From the NCBI GenBank assembly GCA_963847625.1, contig CAWKAR010000020.1:1-64000 (forward strand): a stretch of 64,000 nucleotides of DNA. The letters are read 5' to 3'. Within the stretch, counting starts at the first letter, position 1; each line of letters starts with the position of its first letter. Origin of the DNA: a candidate division FCPU426 bacterium. GTDB taxonomy: Bacteria > Oederibacteriota > Muellerivitia > Muellerivitales > Muellerivitaceae. This document shows, piece by piece, positions 29,056 through 38,767 of this stretch. Position numbers and translations under genes: made by a program. The notes under the pieces are model-generated. The model saw only the letters and a program-made list of their open reading frames with translations. It did not search any database and was not told where the DNA came from.

Positions 29056-30394
29056 GGCAATGACCCTCCAAATGATGTTTGGCGATTTTGTACTGAAGGG
29101 CCGAACGGGAAACGCCCAATTTCCTTGCGGCATGGCTTTGGACGCCGCCAACTTCTTCCAGGGCATGCAAAATCAACGCCTTTTCCACTTCTTCCAAGGT
29201 CCGGATCAAATCCCCCTTCAAATTGCCGGGCAATGAGGGTGAAGAACCCCCTTCGGGGACAACCTCCATTTCTTCCTTCTCCGAAAGCACGACGGCCCTC
29301 TCAAGCAGATTTTGCAATTCCCGGACGTTACCCGGCCAGGGATAAGCCTGTAGGACCTTCATGGAAGATGGACTGATGCGCTTGGGCGGTCGGCCCACTT
29401 GGCCGCAAATTCTCTTTAAAAAACTTTCGACGAGCAGGGGAATATCCTCCGCACGATCCCGGAGAGGGGGGATATGGATCGTGACGACATTCAACCGGTA
29501 ATAAAGATCCTCCCGGAAAGCCCCCTGGGACACCTTTTGCTTCAAGTCCTTGTTGGTGGCGGCAATGACCCTCAAGTCAACCTGGATGGTCTGGGTGCCA
29601 CCCACCCGCTCGAATTCGCGTTCCTGCAAAACCCTCAAAAGTTTGACCTGGGTTTCCGGAGTGATTTCGGATACCTCGTCCAAAAGAAGGGTGCCACCCT
29701 GGGCCATCTCAAACCTGCCCATTTTCCTTTGAAGGGCGTCGGTAAAAGCCCCTTTTTCATGGCCAAAAAGCTCACTTTCCAGGAGCGTCGGCGCGAGAGC
29801 CGCACAATGGACGCGCACGAAAGGAGCGTCTTTCCAAGGACTGCTGTCATGGATGGCTTGGGCCACTAATTCCTTACCGGTGCCGCTTTCCCCCTCAATC
29901 AGGATGGTGGTTCGGGCGTCGCTTATCTTGCGGATCGTATCATAGACTTGGCGCATTCCCGGGCTGTCCCCAACCATCCGGCCCTGGTAAAGGCCGAGTT
30001 CATCCTTGAGCCGCCGGTTTTCCTCCTTCAAGTTGTTCACTTGAAGGCAGTGATTAATTCGCATTTGTAGTTCGTCCATGGAAAAAGGTTTCAAGACGAA
30101 ATCATACGCGCCCTTTCGCATAGCCGTTACCGCGTCCTCCACCGTTCCATAGGCGGTAATGACCAAAACATGAAGTTCAGGATCCATTTCCTTGACTTTT
30201 TCAAGCAGTTCCATTCCGTTCATGCCCGGCATCTTCAGGTCGGTCAAAAGTATTTGCACTTTTTCTTGATTCAATAGAGTAAGAGCTGATTCAGCGGAAG
30301 GAGCTGTCAGGACATGATGGCCTTCTTTCTTCAAATGGCGCTTGATAACATCCCTGATGTCTTGTTTGTCATCAACGATTAGGATAGTACTCAT
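29042..30394 (-). CDS. NtrC-family sigma54-dependent response regulator
   Basis: Receiver (VDD, DLKMP, KPF), GESGTGKE, ESELFGHEKGAFTDA, WPGNVREL, Fis-type HTH. Confidence 0.95.
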   Translation of the reverse strand: MSTILIVDDKQDIRDVIKRHLKKEGHHVLTAPSAESALTLLNQEKVQILLTDLKMPGMNGMELLEKVKEMDPELHVLVITAYGTVEDAVTAMRKGAYDFVLKPFSMDELQMRINHCLQVNNLKEENRRLKDELGLYQGRMVGDSPGMRQVYDTIRKISDARTTILIEGESGTGKELVAQAIHDSSPWKDAPFVRVHCAALAPTLLESELFGHEKGAFTDALQRKMGRFEMAQGGTLLLDEVSEITPETQVKLLRVLQEREFERVGGTQTIQVDLRVIAATNKDLKQKVSQGAFREDLYYRLNVVTIHIPPLRDRAEDIPLLVESFLKRICGQVGRPPKRISPSSMKVLQAYPWPGNVRELQNLLERAVVLSEKEEMEVVPEGGSSPSLPGNLKGDLIRTLEEVEKALILHALEEVGGVQSHAARKLGVSRSALQYKIAKHHLEGHCREKP

Positions 30395-31890
30395 GAGAAA
30401 CCTTTCGATATTGGCAAATATAGCCGAAAGACGGCACCGCCTGATGGAATGTTGAAAGCTTCCACGCGGCCTCTATGGGCGGAAACCACTTTATGCACGA
30501 ATGCCAAACCCAACCCAGAACCCGAGGTTTTGGTGCTGAAAAAGGGCTTGAAGAGTTTGGATTTCACATCGTCCGAAAAACCCGGGCCAGTGTCTTCCAG
30601 TTCCACCAGGGCGTACAAACCTTCCCGGCGTAATCGCAAGGTCAAAATTCCGCCTTTGGGCATCACCTCAAGCGCATTCAAACCAAGATTATAGAGGCTA
30701 TTGGAAAGAAGTGTCCGGTCGGCCTCGACTTTGTCCAGGGGTTCCATCTCTATTTTGACGATCACAGCCTGATTTCGAGCCTGTTCCATCAATGCCAGTT
30801 CCAATTCTTTTAGGAGGTCCTCCAAGGCAAGGAACTCTTTATCCAAATGAAAAGCGCGCCCATACTCCAAAAAACGCCTGACAAGGTAATTAAGCGCCTT
30901 CACTTGATCCTGGATCTTTTGAAGGGGTGGAATCGCTTCGAATAAGTGAACGGCCATCTTCTCGACCCATTCGGCCTCACCGCGAATGATGATAAGTGGA
31001 TTGCGCACTTCATGTGCTATTCCTGCGGCGACTTCCTTCATTTGCTCGGCCTGTTCCTCGGCAGCCTGTCTCAATCGGGACAATTCCTCCTCCCTGGCCT
31101 TGATCTGGGCGGACATTTCCAAGAGGGAGCCCTCCAGCTGGCCTAATTCGTCAGCCCTATGAACGCCGGGGATGGTTGTATTGGGATAACGGCCCTTCGC
31201 CACTTCCCGGGCCAACTTCGCCACGGTCCCCACGGGTTTCAATACGGTTTGTGCCACCAGCAAACTAACTAAAGCGCACACTAAAAAACCCATCATGCCT
31301 AGAAGGATGGAAAAATTCTTAAAACGTTTCAAAACCTCAAGGGACTTGGGATTCGCATCCACTTGAAGGATTGTTCCCTTAGACAAGGGGATAAACACCG
31401 ACTGGTGGAGCATTCCGAATTCCCCTGCGTGCACGGGAAGAAGGACCTGGAGGTTCCGGCGCAATTGGTCGATCTGCGGTTCCGTCAGCAGGAGACTCTT
31501 GAACCCCGGGACCGCCTCCCCTGTCGCGTCCAAGAGCACCGTCCCTTGGCTGTTTAAAAGCGTTATGTTTTCGAGCACGCCCGCGTCCAGGAACCGGCGA
31601 AGTGAAGGGACCATTGTAGCCGCCAAGGAACCGGGTAATTCCGGTTGGGAAAGTCCCGAAAATTGGCTGGATAGTTCTTTTCCCACCAAACGTCCCATGG
31701 ACAGAAGCTGTTCACCCATTATTTTTTCCAAGCTTTGTGAAACTATCCGGTAGATGATAAATCCCGTCGCTGATGAAAGAGCGAACCATAGACCCGTGAA
31801 AGTAATCAGGAGTTTGACTTTAAAGGATCTACGCCAAAAAAAGAGAAGATCTGAAACTTTTCGGGTTATGAGAGATGGGTAGCGGTTCAA
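30391..31890 (-). CDS. Membrane sensor histidine kinase with HAMP domain
   Basis: Two TMs, DELGQL, AHEVRNPL, NALE, DTGPG, FKPFFSTK, GSGLGL. Confidence 0.95.
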   Translation of the reverse strand: MNRYPSLITRKVSDLLFFWRRSFKVKLLITFTGLWFALSSATGFIIYRIVSQSLEKIMGEQLLSMGRLVGKELSSQFSGLSQPELPGSLAATMVPSLRRFLDAGVLENITLLNSQGTVLLDATGEAVPGFKSLLLTEPQIDQLRRNLQVLLPVHAGEFGMLHQSVFIPLSKGTILQVDANPKSLEVLKRFKNFSILLGMMGFLVCALVSLLVAQTVLKPVGTVAKLAREVAKGRYPNTTIPGVHRADELGQLEGSLLEMSAQIKAREEELSRLRQAAEEQAEQMKEVAAGIAHEVRNPLIIIRGEAEWVEKMAVHLFEAIPPLQKIQDQVKALNYLVRRFLEYGRAFHLDKEFLALEDLLKELELALMEQARNQAVIVKIEMEPLDKVEADRTLLSNSLYNLGLNALEVMPKGGILTLRLRREGLYALVELEDTGPGFSDDVKSKLFKPFFSTKTSGSGLGLAFVHKVVSAHRGRVEAFNIPSGGAVFRLYLPISKGFS

Positions 31891-31930
31891 TGTATTATTC
31901 CGTCACAAAAAGGTGGATTAAAAAGGATAG

Positions 31931-31946
31931 TGCAAGTTACATGCCC
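31931..31946 (-). promoter_or_regulatory. Possible sigma54 promoter of the two-component operon
   Basis: GGGCATG-TAAC-TTGCA. Confidence 0.5.
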
Positions 31947-32329
31947 GTATGATTAAAAAATCAATCGGTTAAAGAACTTTGGCCCTGATTTATATTTTGT
32001 CGCCTGAATTTTTCTCCAAAAACAACCATTCGGGGAGCCATTAAAGGATCAGGAGTGCGAAGCCGTCTATTTTTCACCGAGCCTAAACTCACCCCACAAC
32101 TGAAAACTACCGGATGCCCAACGGTTTTTTGATCTTGGTATTCAGTAGGTTTCGGTGATTGAATATTTTTTATCCACTGTCCACCCGCACCGGGAATAAT
32201 TCCGTCGGGGTAAAAAAGAATCTTTCAGTCCTTAAAATTTTTCGGTCACCGTCAAAGAAAAAAACCGTGACCGACCCATAATTCACCGGATGGAAGTTAA
32301 TCCCGAATAACCATCTGGTCGAAAACGAG

Positions 32330-32369
32330 ATAACCAAAATTCGGCATCTTAACTATAAACCATTACGAC
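32330..32369. promoter_or_regulatory. Shared upstream tandem motif (putative enhancer), flgE copy
   Basis: Reverse complement reads gtcgtaatggtttatagttaa-gatgccgaattttggttat; same orientation relative to transcription as the other three copies. Confidence 0.6.
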
Positions 32370-32417
32370 AATTTTATTCTGGTGATAAATTTACGGCTTT
32401 TCCAAACATTTTCCAAT

Positions 32418-32433
32418 TGGAACGAGATTTGCT
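32418..32433 (+). promoter_or_regulatory. sigma54 promoter of flgE
   Basis: TGGAACG-AGAT-TTGCT. Confidence 0.75.
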
Positions 32434-32551
32434 TATCCAGAAGAAGACTGCGGGATTTCAAAAGATAAGCAGTCCTCGGTTGGTCCTTTTTGAGCGACCC
32501 TGAGTTCAGGCGGATCTGTTCCCCGCCATAATAATTTCGAGGAGGAAAACA

Positions 32552-34459
32552 ATGGGTCTTCGAGACATGTATAGCGCCATTTCCGGCCTGGAAGCCAACA
32601 GTACTTGGCTTGACGTGATTGGAAATAACATCTCCAATACCAACACGGTGGCTTACAAAGCCAGCCGCGTGGAGTTTGCGGATGCGTTAAGTCAAACCCT
32701 CAGTTCCGGGCAGGGGGACAATACGGGCAGCAATATTGGAGGCACTGATCCCGAGCAGGTGGGATTGGGGACGAGGGTAGCTTCCATTACCACTTTATGG
32801 ACAGAGGGAACTTTACAATCGACTGGGTTGTCGACAGACGTCGCCATCAACGGAAATGGCTTCTTGTTGTCGAAAAATTCCGGTCAAACCTATTTGACAC
32901 GGGCCGGTAACCTGACTTTTGATAGCGCGGGAAATTTGGTCGACCAAAACGGCGGCTTAATCCAGGGATGGAGCGCTTCGACCAAATACACTACCACAAT
33001 TTTGGATTCCAGGGGGCAAAACGGACAGGCGTCGGTAATCACCGCTGCGAGCCTTGTCTTGAACGACACTGACCCCTCCCAAATCGGGAATATCCAGATC
33101 AAGACGGGTGAAACGGAACCAGCCAAGGCCACGACCGAGATTAACTTCGTCGGGAACCTGGACTCCTTTCAACAGGCCAACCAGACCGGGGGCGTATTAA
33201 ACCTGGGGACAACCGCCCAAGCGGTGCTCCCGTTCAATTACGCGGGCGCCCTGTTAAATAACGCGAAAGCGGGATTGGTCCTCTATCCCGCCGGAAACGC
33301 AAACGGTACGATGGCTTTTGAGCAAATAAGTAACCTGAGCACGCCGGTCGACGCGAACAACACTAATAACCAGACGACACCAGTTATGGAGAGCGGTGAA
33401 ACCTTAGCAGCTGCACAAGCTAACGGGGGCAATTATGCTTGGGACCAAAACCCCGCCGTGACGCCGGCCCTGACCACCACCACCACGGTTTACGATTCCA
33501 CGGGAACCCCGCGACAGATAACCACGCTGTTCTACCAGGTCAACGACTTGGGAACGGCGGGTGTTAATAACGCTGCCGGGCCTAACCAGGTTTGTTACGC
33601 CTGGTACTCTTTTGACACCACCAATGGCGCCAAAGTCAGCGACAAAACATTGGTCGGTGGTACGGGCATTCTTGAAGGTGAGGTCGGTGGACTTAATAAC
33701 AACATCGCGGCAAACGCTGGTTATGATAAGGGTGTAAACGGTGACCAGTACTGGGGGGATTTCGTTTATTTCAACACGGATGGTTCATTGGCTTCCGAGG
33801 GCGGGGTCCATCATGTCGCCGCCACCGGTAATAATATACAAAGCCAAGCCACCATATACCTATCACCCCTCAACGATAACGCAACCGTTTCCCCGATTCC
33901 AACCATCGGGGCTGAGGTCATGGCCGTTACCATGAATTTCGGCACCGCCGGCGCGGAAGACACCGCCACCTCCCAAATCCACGGCAAGCGGGACGGTTTG
34001 ACCGGCGACGCAGAGGGATCCTACCAAACGGTGAACGGGGTCAACACCTATGTTCCGGACAGCCATGCCACCGAAACGCAGAACGGGTACGCCGACGGTG
34101 TCCTTCAAAGCATTTCGTTTGACTCGACCGGGACGATTAACGGAACTTTTTCCAACGGCCAGACCACGGCATTAGGCCAGGTAGCTTTGGCCAACGTCGA
34201 GAATGAGGGCGGGTTGGACAAGGTCGGAAGCAATTACTATCAACTTTCAACAAACTCAGGTAAGGAAGTCGTTAGCACTGCCGGTAAGAACGGTCTTGGA
34301 ACTATTGAAGGCGGCACCTTGGAGTTATCCAATGTCGATTTGACGACTGAGCTTTCAAACATGATCCTCGCCCAGCGGGGATTTGACGTGAACTCCCGCG
34401 TGATCGCCGTTGAGAACGCCAACCTGCAGGTCCTGGTCCAATTGGGTCAGGGCGGTTAA
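32552..34459 (+). CDS. flgE: Flagellar hook protein FlgE with large central insertions
   Basis: SGL...LDVIGNNISNTNTVAYK, DVAINGNGF, TRAGN, YDSTG, LELSNVDLTTELSNMILAQRGF. Confidence 0.95.
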   Translation: MGLRDMYSAISGLEANSTWLDVIGNNISNTNTVAYKASRVEFADALSQTLSSGQGDNTGSNIGGTDPEQVGLGTRVASITTLWTEGTLQSTGLSTDVAINGNGFLLSKNSGQTYLTRAGNLTFDSAGNLVDQNGGLIQGWSASTKYTTTILDSRGQNGQASVITAASLVLNDTDPSQIGNIQIKTGETEPAKATTEINFVGNLDSFQQANQTGGVLNLGTTAQAVLPFNYAGALLNNAKAGLVLYPAGNANGTMAFEQISNLSTPVDANNTNNQTTPVMESGETLAAAQANGGNYAWDQNPAVTPALTTTTTVYDSTGTPRQITTLFYQVNDLGTAGVNNAAGPNQVCYAWYSFDTTNGAKVSDKTLVGGTGILEGEVGGLNNNIAANAGYDKGVNGDQYWGDFVYFNTDGSLASEGGVHHVAATGNNIQSQATIYLSPLNDNATVSPIPTIGAEVMAVTMNFGTAGAEDTATSQIHGKRDGLTGDAEGSYQTVNGVNTYVPDSHATETQNGYADGVLQSISFDSTGTINGTFSNGQTTALGQVALANVENEGGLDKVGSNYYQLSTNSGKEVVSTAGKNGLGTIEGGTLELSNVDLTTELSNMILAQRGFDVNSRVIAVENANLQVLVQLGQGG

Positions 34460-34486
34460 AGGATTTATTTAACCCAGGCTGCATAT

Positions 34487-34508
34487 TCCCCGGCCCTTGG
34501 CCGGGGGC
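34487..34508 (+). terminator. GC hairpin after flgE
   Basis: CCCCGGCC-ctt-GGCCGGGG; weak U-tract. Confidence 0.4.
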
Positions 34509-34655
34509 TAGCCGCTTCTTCCCTTGAATAGCTTTGAAAATCGAAGGCGCTTCAACTTCGCCCTTAAATGCAAGATTTTATGCTATCGAATATAAAAAAA
34601 GTGCTGATCCTCGACTTGATAAAAACCGCTAAATGTCAAAAAGAGGTGAATCATT

Positions 34656-35060
34656 ATGTTCCCGCAATCGAGTAAGAATGATCCAGCTTTAAAAGAAATA
34701 ACAAATATCCAGCACCGGTTAGGAATCGTTCATCGGCAAGCCGCGCAGACGATTGAAGAAATGAAATCTTTCGGAACCCTTTACCATGTTGCCACGGATG
34801 AAAATCATAAATTACAGTTTTCCATCCACGCTATGGATCGTATGGGTCTTCGGAACATCCATCTTTCCGCTCGGGACCTGGTCAGTATAAACAACGCTGT
34901 CGATAAAGCCTTGTTAAAAGGGGCAAGACAATCCCTGCTGGTGATGGCCGACCGGGCTTTTATCGTCGGCGTTTCCAACCGCACCGTCATTACTGCTTTG
35001 GACAGCGGCGATATGAGGGAAAAGGTCTTCGTCAATATCGACAGCGCAGTAATAATTTAG
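34656..35060 (+). CDS. Flagellar operon protein (TIGR02530-like)
   Basis: FSIHAMDRM..RNI...AVDKA..KGA..SL...NRTVITA...VFVNIDSAVII. Confidence 0.85.
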   Translation: MFPQSSKNDPALKEITNIQHRLGIVHRQAAQTIEEMKSFGTLYHVATDENHKLQFSIHAMDRMGLRNIHLSARDLVSINNAVDKALLKGARQSLLVMADRAFIVGVSNRTVITALDSGDMREKVFVNIDSAVII

Positions 35061-35417
35061 CTTTGCATAGTTATTTCTTGGTCAATATATCGGTCCACAG
35101 ATAGTAAATACCGTTATCGTGGTAAACCCAAATGGACGGCCGGACTAAAGAAAGACAAATGACCCTGGAGGCTGCCGGAGAAAATCATCCGGGATATTCC
35201 TGTTCAGGAAGATAACGAAAGTGGTTTTTTATTACTTGAATATTTTCAGTTGATTACCCGTTAATTTTCGTTCTGAGATTTTAAAATTTAATTCCACTAA
35301 TACACCTCCCATGTTGGACAGCACCTATATCGTTTTTAAAGCCCTCGAAGCTTGATATTCCAATCATAGACCAGCCTTAAAGCTTTAAGGAATTCTGTCT
35401 ATCTTCCCAAAAAACCC

Positions 35418-37354
35418 GTAGGGTCGAGGACTGGCGCGGTGGCCCTGCGGCTCCGTTTCCAGCCCCCGCCACCTCGAACCGTGCGGATTTCCCGCATAGC
35501 GCTCTCCTGTTGTCTTCATGTCAAAGTTTATGTGACCTATCAGGCTGGCAGTGCTTTCGGTTCCTGGTAATACTGTAATCCGGTAGTTGCTATACAACCC
35601 CAGATTCTTGTACAACCATTCCCTACTCCACCTGTCCCAACCGTATCCCTGGTGATTCTTTGCCCGCATTCAAGTGGCGTCGTACTTTCTTCTCGACCCA
35701 TCTTTCCACGTACCTGAAACAACGTTTGGAGTGTCCTATTCGAAAGTAATTGACCCATCCACGCAATACGGGATTGATTAGCTCAATCACCCTCTGCATC
35801 GGCTGGGATTGAAAGTTTTGGAATACCTCCTGAAGCTTGCTGAGAAGTTCCGTTCTTTTCTTCATTTTCGGCGTGAACTTCACCGCCCATTTCCCCCGGC
35901 GGGTTTTCTCCAGCCGGAAGTCAAACCCCAAGGAACCCAAAACTTTCGCCCTTCGTTAAGTCCACTATCCGCGTCTTGTCCGTGTTAATTTTCAGGTCAA
36001 GTTTAACCAATTCCTCAAGTAGTCTTGGGTAGACCGCCTTCGCAAGCCATTCACCCCGTGGGTTTCCATCCACGAGAATCACCATATCGTCAGCAAACCT
36101 CGCGTATTCGATATGGGTGTACTTGCCTTGGCGGGTCGCTTTCTTCGCCTTTTCCAGCATCTTGTCCACCTCATTGAGGTAGAGGTTAGCCAGAAGAGGG
36201 GAAATGACCCCGCCTTGGGGAACTCCTCTTTTGCCGCTGGCTTTCAGGATACGCTTCAGCAATCCCATCACCGTTTTATCCTCGACCCTCCGCGCCACTT
36301 TCTTCATCAGTAGGTCATGCCTCACCGTGTCGAAGTACGCTTTCAAATCAAGGTCGATGACTCGGGTTTTCTTCCCGACAATTGCCAATGCTACCCTATT
36401 CACCGCCGCATGAGCAGTCCGCTTGGGTCGGTACCCATAAGACCCATCTTGAAAATCCGCCTCAAAGATTGGTTCCAGGATCAGCTTTACCGCTCCCTGG
36501 ACGACCCTGTCCCGAATGTTGGGTATCCCAAGGACTCTGACCTTCCCATTTCCCTTGGGTATCTCCTTCTTCCGGTTCCGAGCCGGTCTGTACGTGCCTT
36601 GGACTAATTCACCCTGAATGCTTTCAAGAAACGGCTCCTCCCCAGCTTCCTCAATGGCCTCAAATGTCACCCCGTCTATTCCAGGGGCTCCATTATTCGA
36701 CTTCGCCATCCGGTAAGCTTGTTGGAGTGTTTCCATCTTGCAAACATGGGTGTAAAGTCCCCAAAAACACCAGTTCTTTTCAGACTTCGCTTTGACGTAT
36801 ATCTCTCGTCTCAGGTCTTGCAGACTGATGGACGTCTTTTTCATACCGTCCCTGCCTCCCACTTTTGCCGAGAGACTTCACAACAGCAGGGTTACTTCGC
36901 TCCACGGACATTACTCCGCTTCTTCGCTACTTTTAACCCGTCCTACTCCCTCTTGCCTTCGGCCGCTTTCCCGCGTTGGGTTATACAGCCTACCCTTTTC
37001 CAAGTATTTCTACCTGGGGCAAGGAGGGTTTCTCCAGTTGCTTAATGTGTCCTTGTCTTCATGCCGTGGCTAGCACCCCGCCAGTGTGTTCCAGCGCATT
37101 AGCCTTTTCGCGCCGTTCCATGTTGCCTTCATCCCACGACGGAGGACTCGGCCTCTGGGGCTATTGTTTTCGGGGCCACCTATGCCTTCACTTTCGTTAC
37201 GGCCTGACAACTCGCTCACCATCCCGAAGATGGCTTTATGGATGGGCTTCAGACAGTCGGTTTCCCTTCTGCCTGCCATCCTAGCTAATGGGCTTTGGCT
37301 ATTACCCATGCAAGACTACCTCTTGCTGAACACACCTGCCTTTTCTGGACGCAC
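35418..37354 (-). mobile_element. Group II intron, degenerate
   Basis: 5' end GTGCG at 37354; domain V/VI-like GAGCGCTATGCGGGAAATCCGCACG...CCTCGACCCTAC ending at 35418; internal RT gene. Confidence 0.85.
35540..36844 (-). pseudogene. ltrA: Group II intron reverse transcriptase/maturase, frameshifted
   Basis: GAPGIDG, LGIP.IRDRVVQ, PQGGVISPLLAN, RFADD, RGWVNYF; three apparent +1 insertions near 35928, 35670 and 35577. Confidence 0.88.
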
Positions 37355-37505
37355 GCGCCGCCACCGGGGTCACGACGGCACACCTTGCCCGGTGGCGGTT
37401 GGTTCCCTCCTCCAATCTTCATATCAATCCATCGCGTTTTTAAAAAATCGATCCGTCTCCCGGGGGAAGACCTCGGCCTCCCCCCAATGCCTGACGGACG
37501 CAAGC

Positions 37506-37892
37506 TCATAGGATTTCTTCGCCCTGATCGCCTACCTGTAAAACCCGCTTCAATTCCTCACGTGGCGTCCCATCCACGTCATAGTCAACCTTGACCACTT
37601 TTATAGGCCGGTCGGCCATAATCGTCTGGACGTTTCCGCCCTCGACCACCACGACTACCCTGGGCGTTTCCTCCCGCTTCCCTGTTAGGGTGCAAATGAC
37701 GCTCCCCAGTTCCAAAGCTTCCGCCTTGGATAGCCTTAAGCTGATGGGTTCCACTTTGCCGGCGCGGGCGGATGAAACCGAAAGGTTGATCTGCCCTTTC
37801 ACATCCTTGAAACAATCCATCCGCCGAGGGATGAAATACCCATTCCTCCCCCTAGCCCACCCTTGCCCCTCCAATTCAATTTCCTTAAGCAT
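37506..37892 (-). CDS. Hypothetical protein of the mobile-element leading region
   Basis: GGAGG RBS, follows ardC; may be frameshifted at the 3' end. Confidence 0.5.
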   Translation of the reverse strand: MLKEIELEGQGWARGRNGYFIPRRMDCFKDVKGQINLSVSSARAGKVEPISLRLSKAEALELGSVICTLTGKREETPRVVVVVEGGNVQTIMADRPIKVVKVDYDVDGTPREELKRVLQVGDQGEEIL

Positions 37893-37905
37893 GACCGGCC
37901 TCCTT

Positions 37906-38655
37906 TCAAGCCACCGACTTGTCCGGCGTAGCCTCGGCGAAGCCGGATTCCACAAAGTTGGTTTTCAAGATGTAATCCATGGCGGCCTGGGCCTTCGATG
38001 CCGCCGAAAAAATGGAGCGCCTGTGGTCCTTCAAGACCTGAATCCAGTCCCCGATGTAGTTGGAGTGCCGGGTCGTATAGGGAATCCCGCAAGAACCGCA
38101 AAGGAAAGCCGCTCCCATTTCAGCCACCAGTTCCTCGAAGGCGTAGGCCTGATCCCCATAGCGCTTCCCAAAATCCCGGTTCAAACGGCTCTCGCTTCCA
38201 GAAAGGTGGACAAGTTCATGAAGGGCGATCCCGTAGTAGGCCTCCGGGCTCTCGAAGTTCTCCTTCGCCGGTAGGGATATGAAATCCCCCTGGCGGTCGT
38301 AAAAGGCCTGGTCGCCGAGTGAGTGGACAATCCGGGCTCCCGAACCCATAAGAATCCTCTCGGCCTCCTCGATGGCCTTAAAGGGCTCCACTGGTTCCGC
38401 CTTGGGTATCAAGTGATTAAGTCCCCCCACTTGGTCCAGGTTAAAAACCGTGTAAGTCCTCAAGATCCAAAAGGACTGTTCCTCTAAAAGAACCTCATCC
38501 TCCAGGTGGAGGCTCTTGGTCTTGGAAAGCTTCTTGTAAAAAACAACCCCCGTTCCCTTCTCGCCCTTCCTCACCACTCCCCCCAAGGCCTTGGCCTGGT
38601 TGAAGGTGATCCAGGCGGGGGAGGAAAACCCCCGCTTCATTTGCTCATTCCAAAG
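37906..38655 (-). pseudogene. ardC: ArdC-family antirestriction/ssDNA-binding protein, 3' part
   Basis: WITFNQAK..GG.VRKGEKG, YTVFNLDQ, ALHELVH zincin motif, YAFEELVAEMGAAFL; joins 42151-42310 once the RIT element is removed. Confidence 0.88.
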
Positions 38656-38767
38656 CTCGTTATGCCGATATCGGCATAATGTCCTTTATGCCGCGTTCCG
38701 GATTATGCCGCATAGCTTTGGATTCCCCTTGAATTGAGCCCCAAAGCCATGCGGTCATTCGGCATAA

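Noticed and set aside
35540..36844. RT as a retron, DGR or CRISPR-associated RT
   Set aside because: Group II intron ends and domain V/VI flank it, a maturase domain is present, and no TR/VR pair or cas gene was seen.
37070..37594. Several overlapping ORFs at the intron 5' end
   Set aside because: They overlap intron RNA domains and the target hairpin and show no protein motifs.
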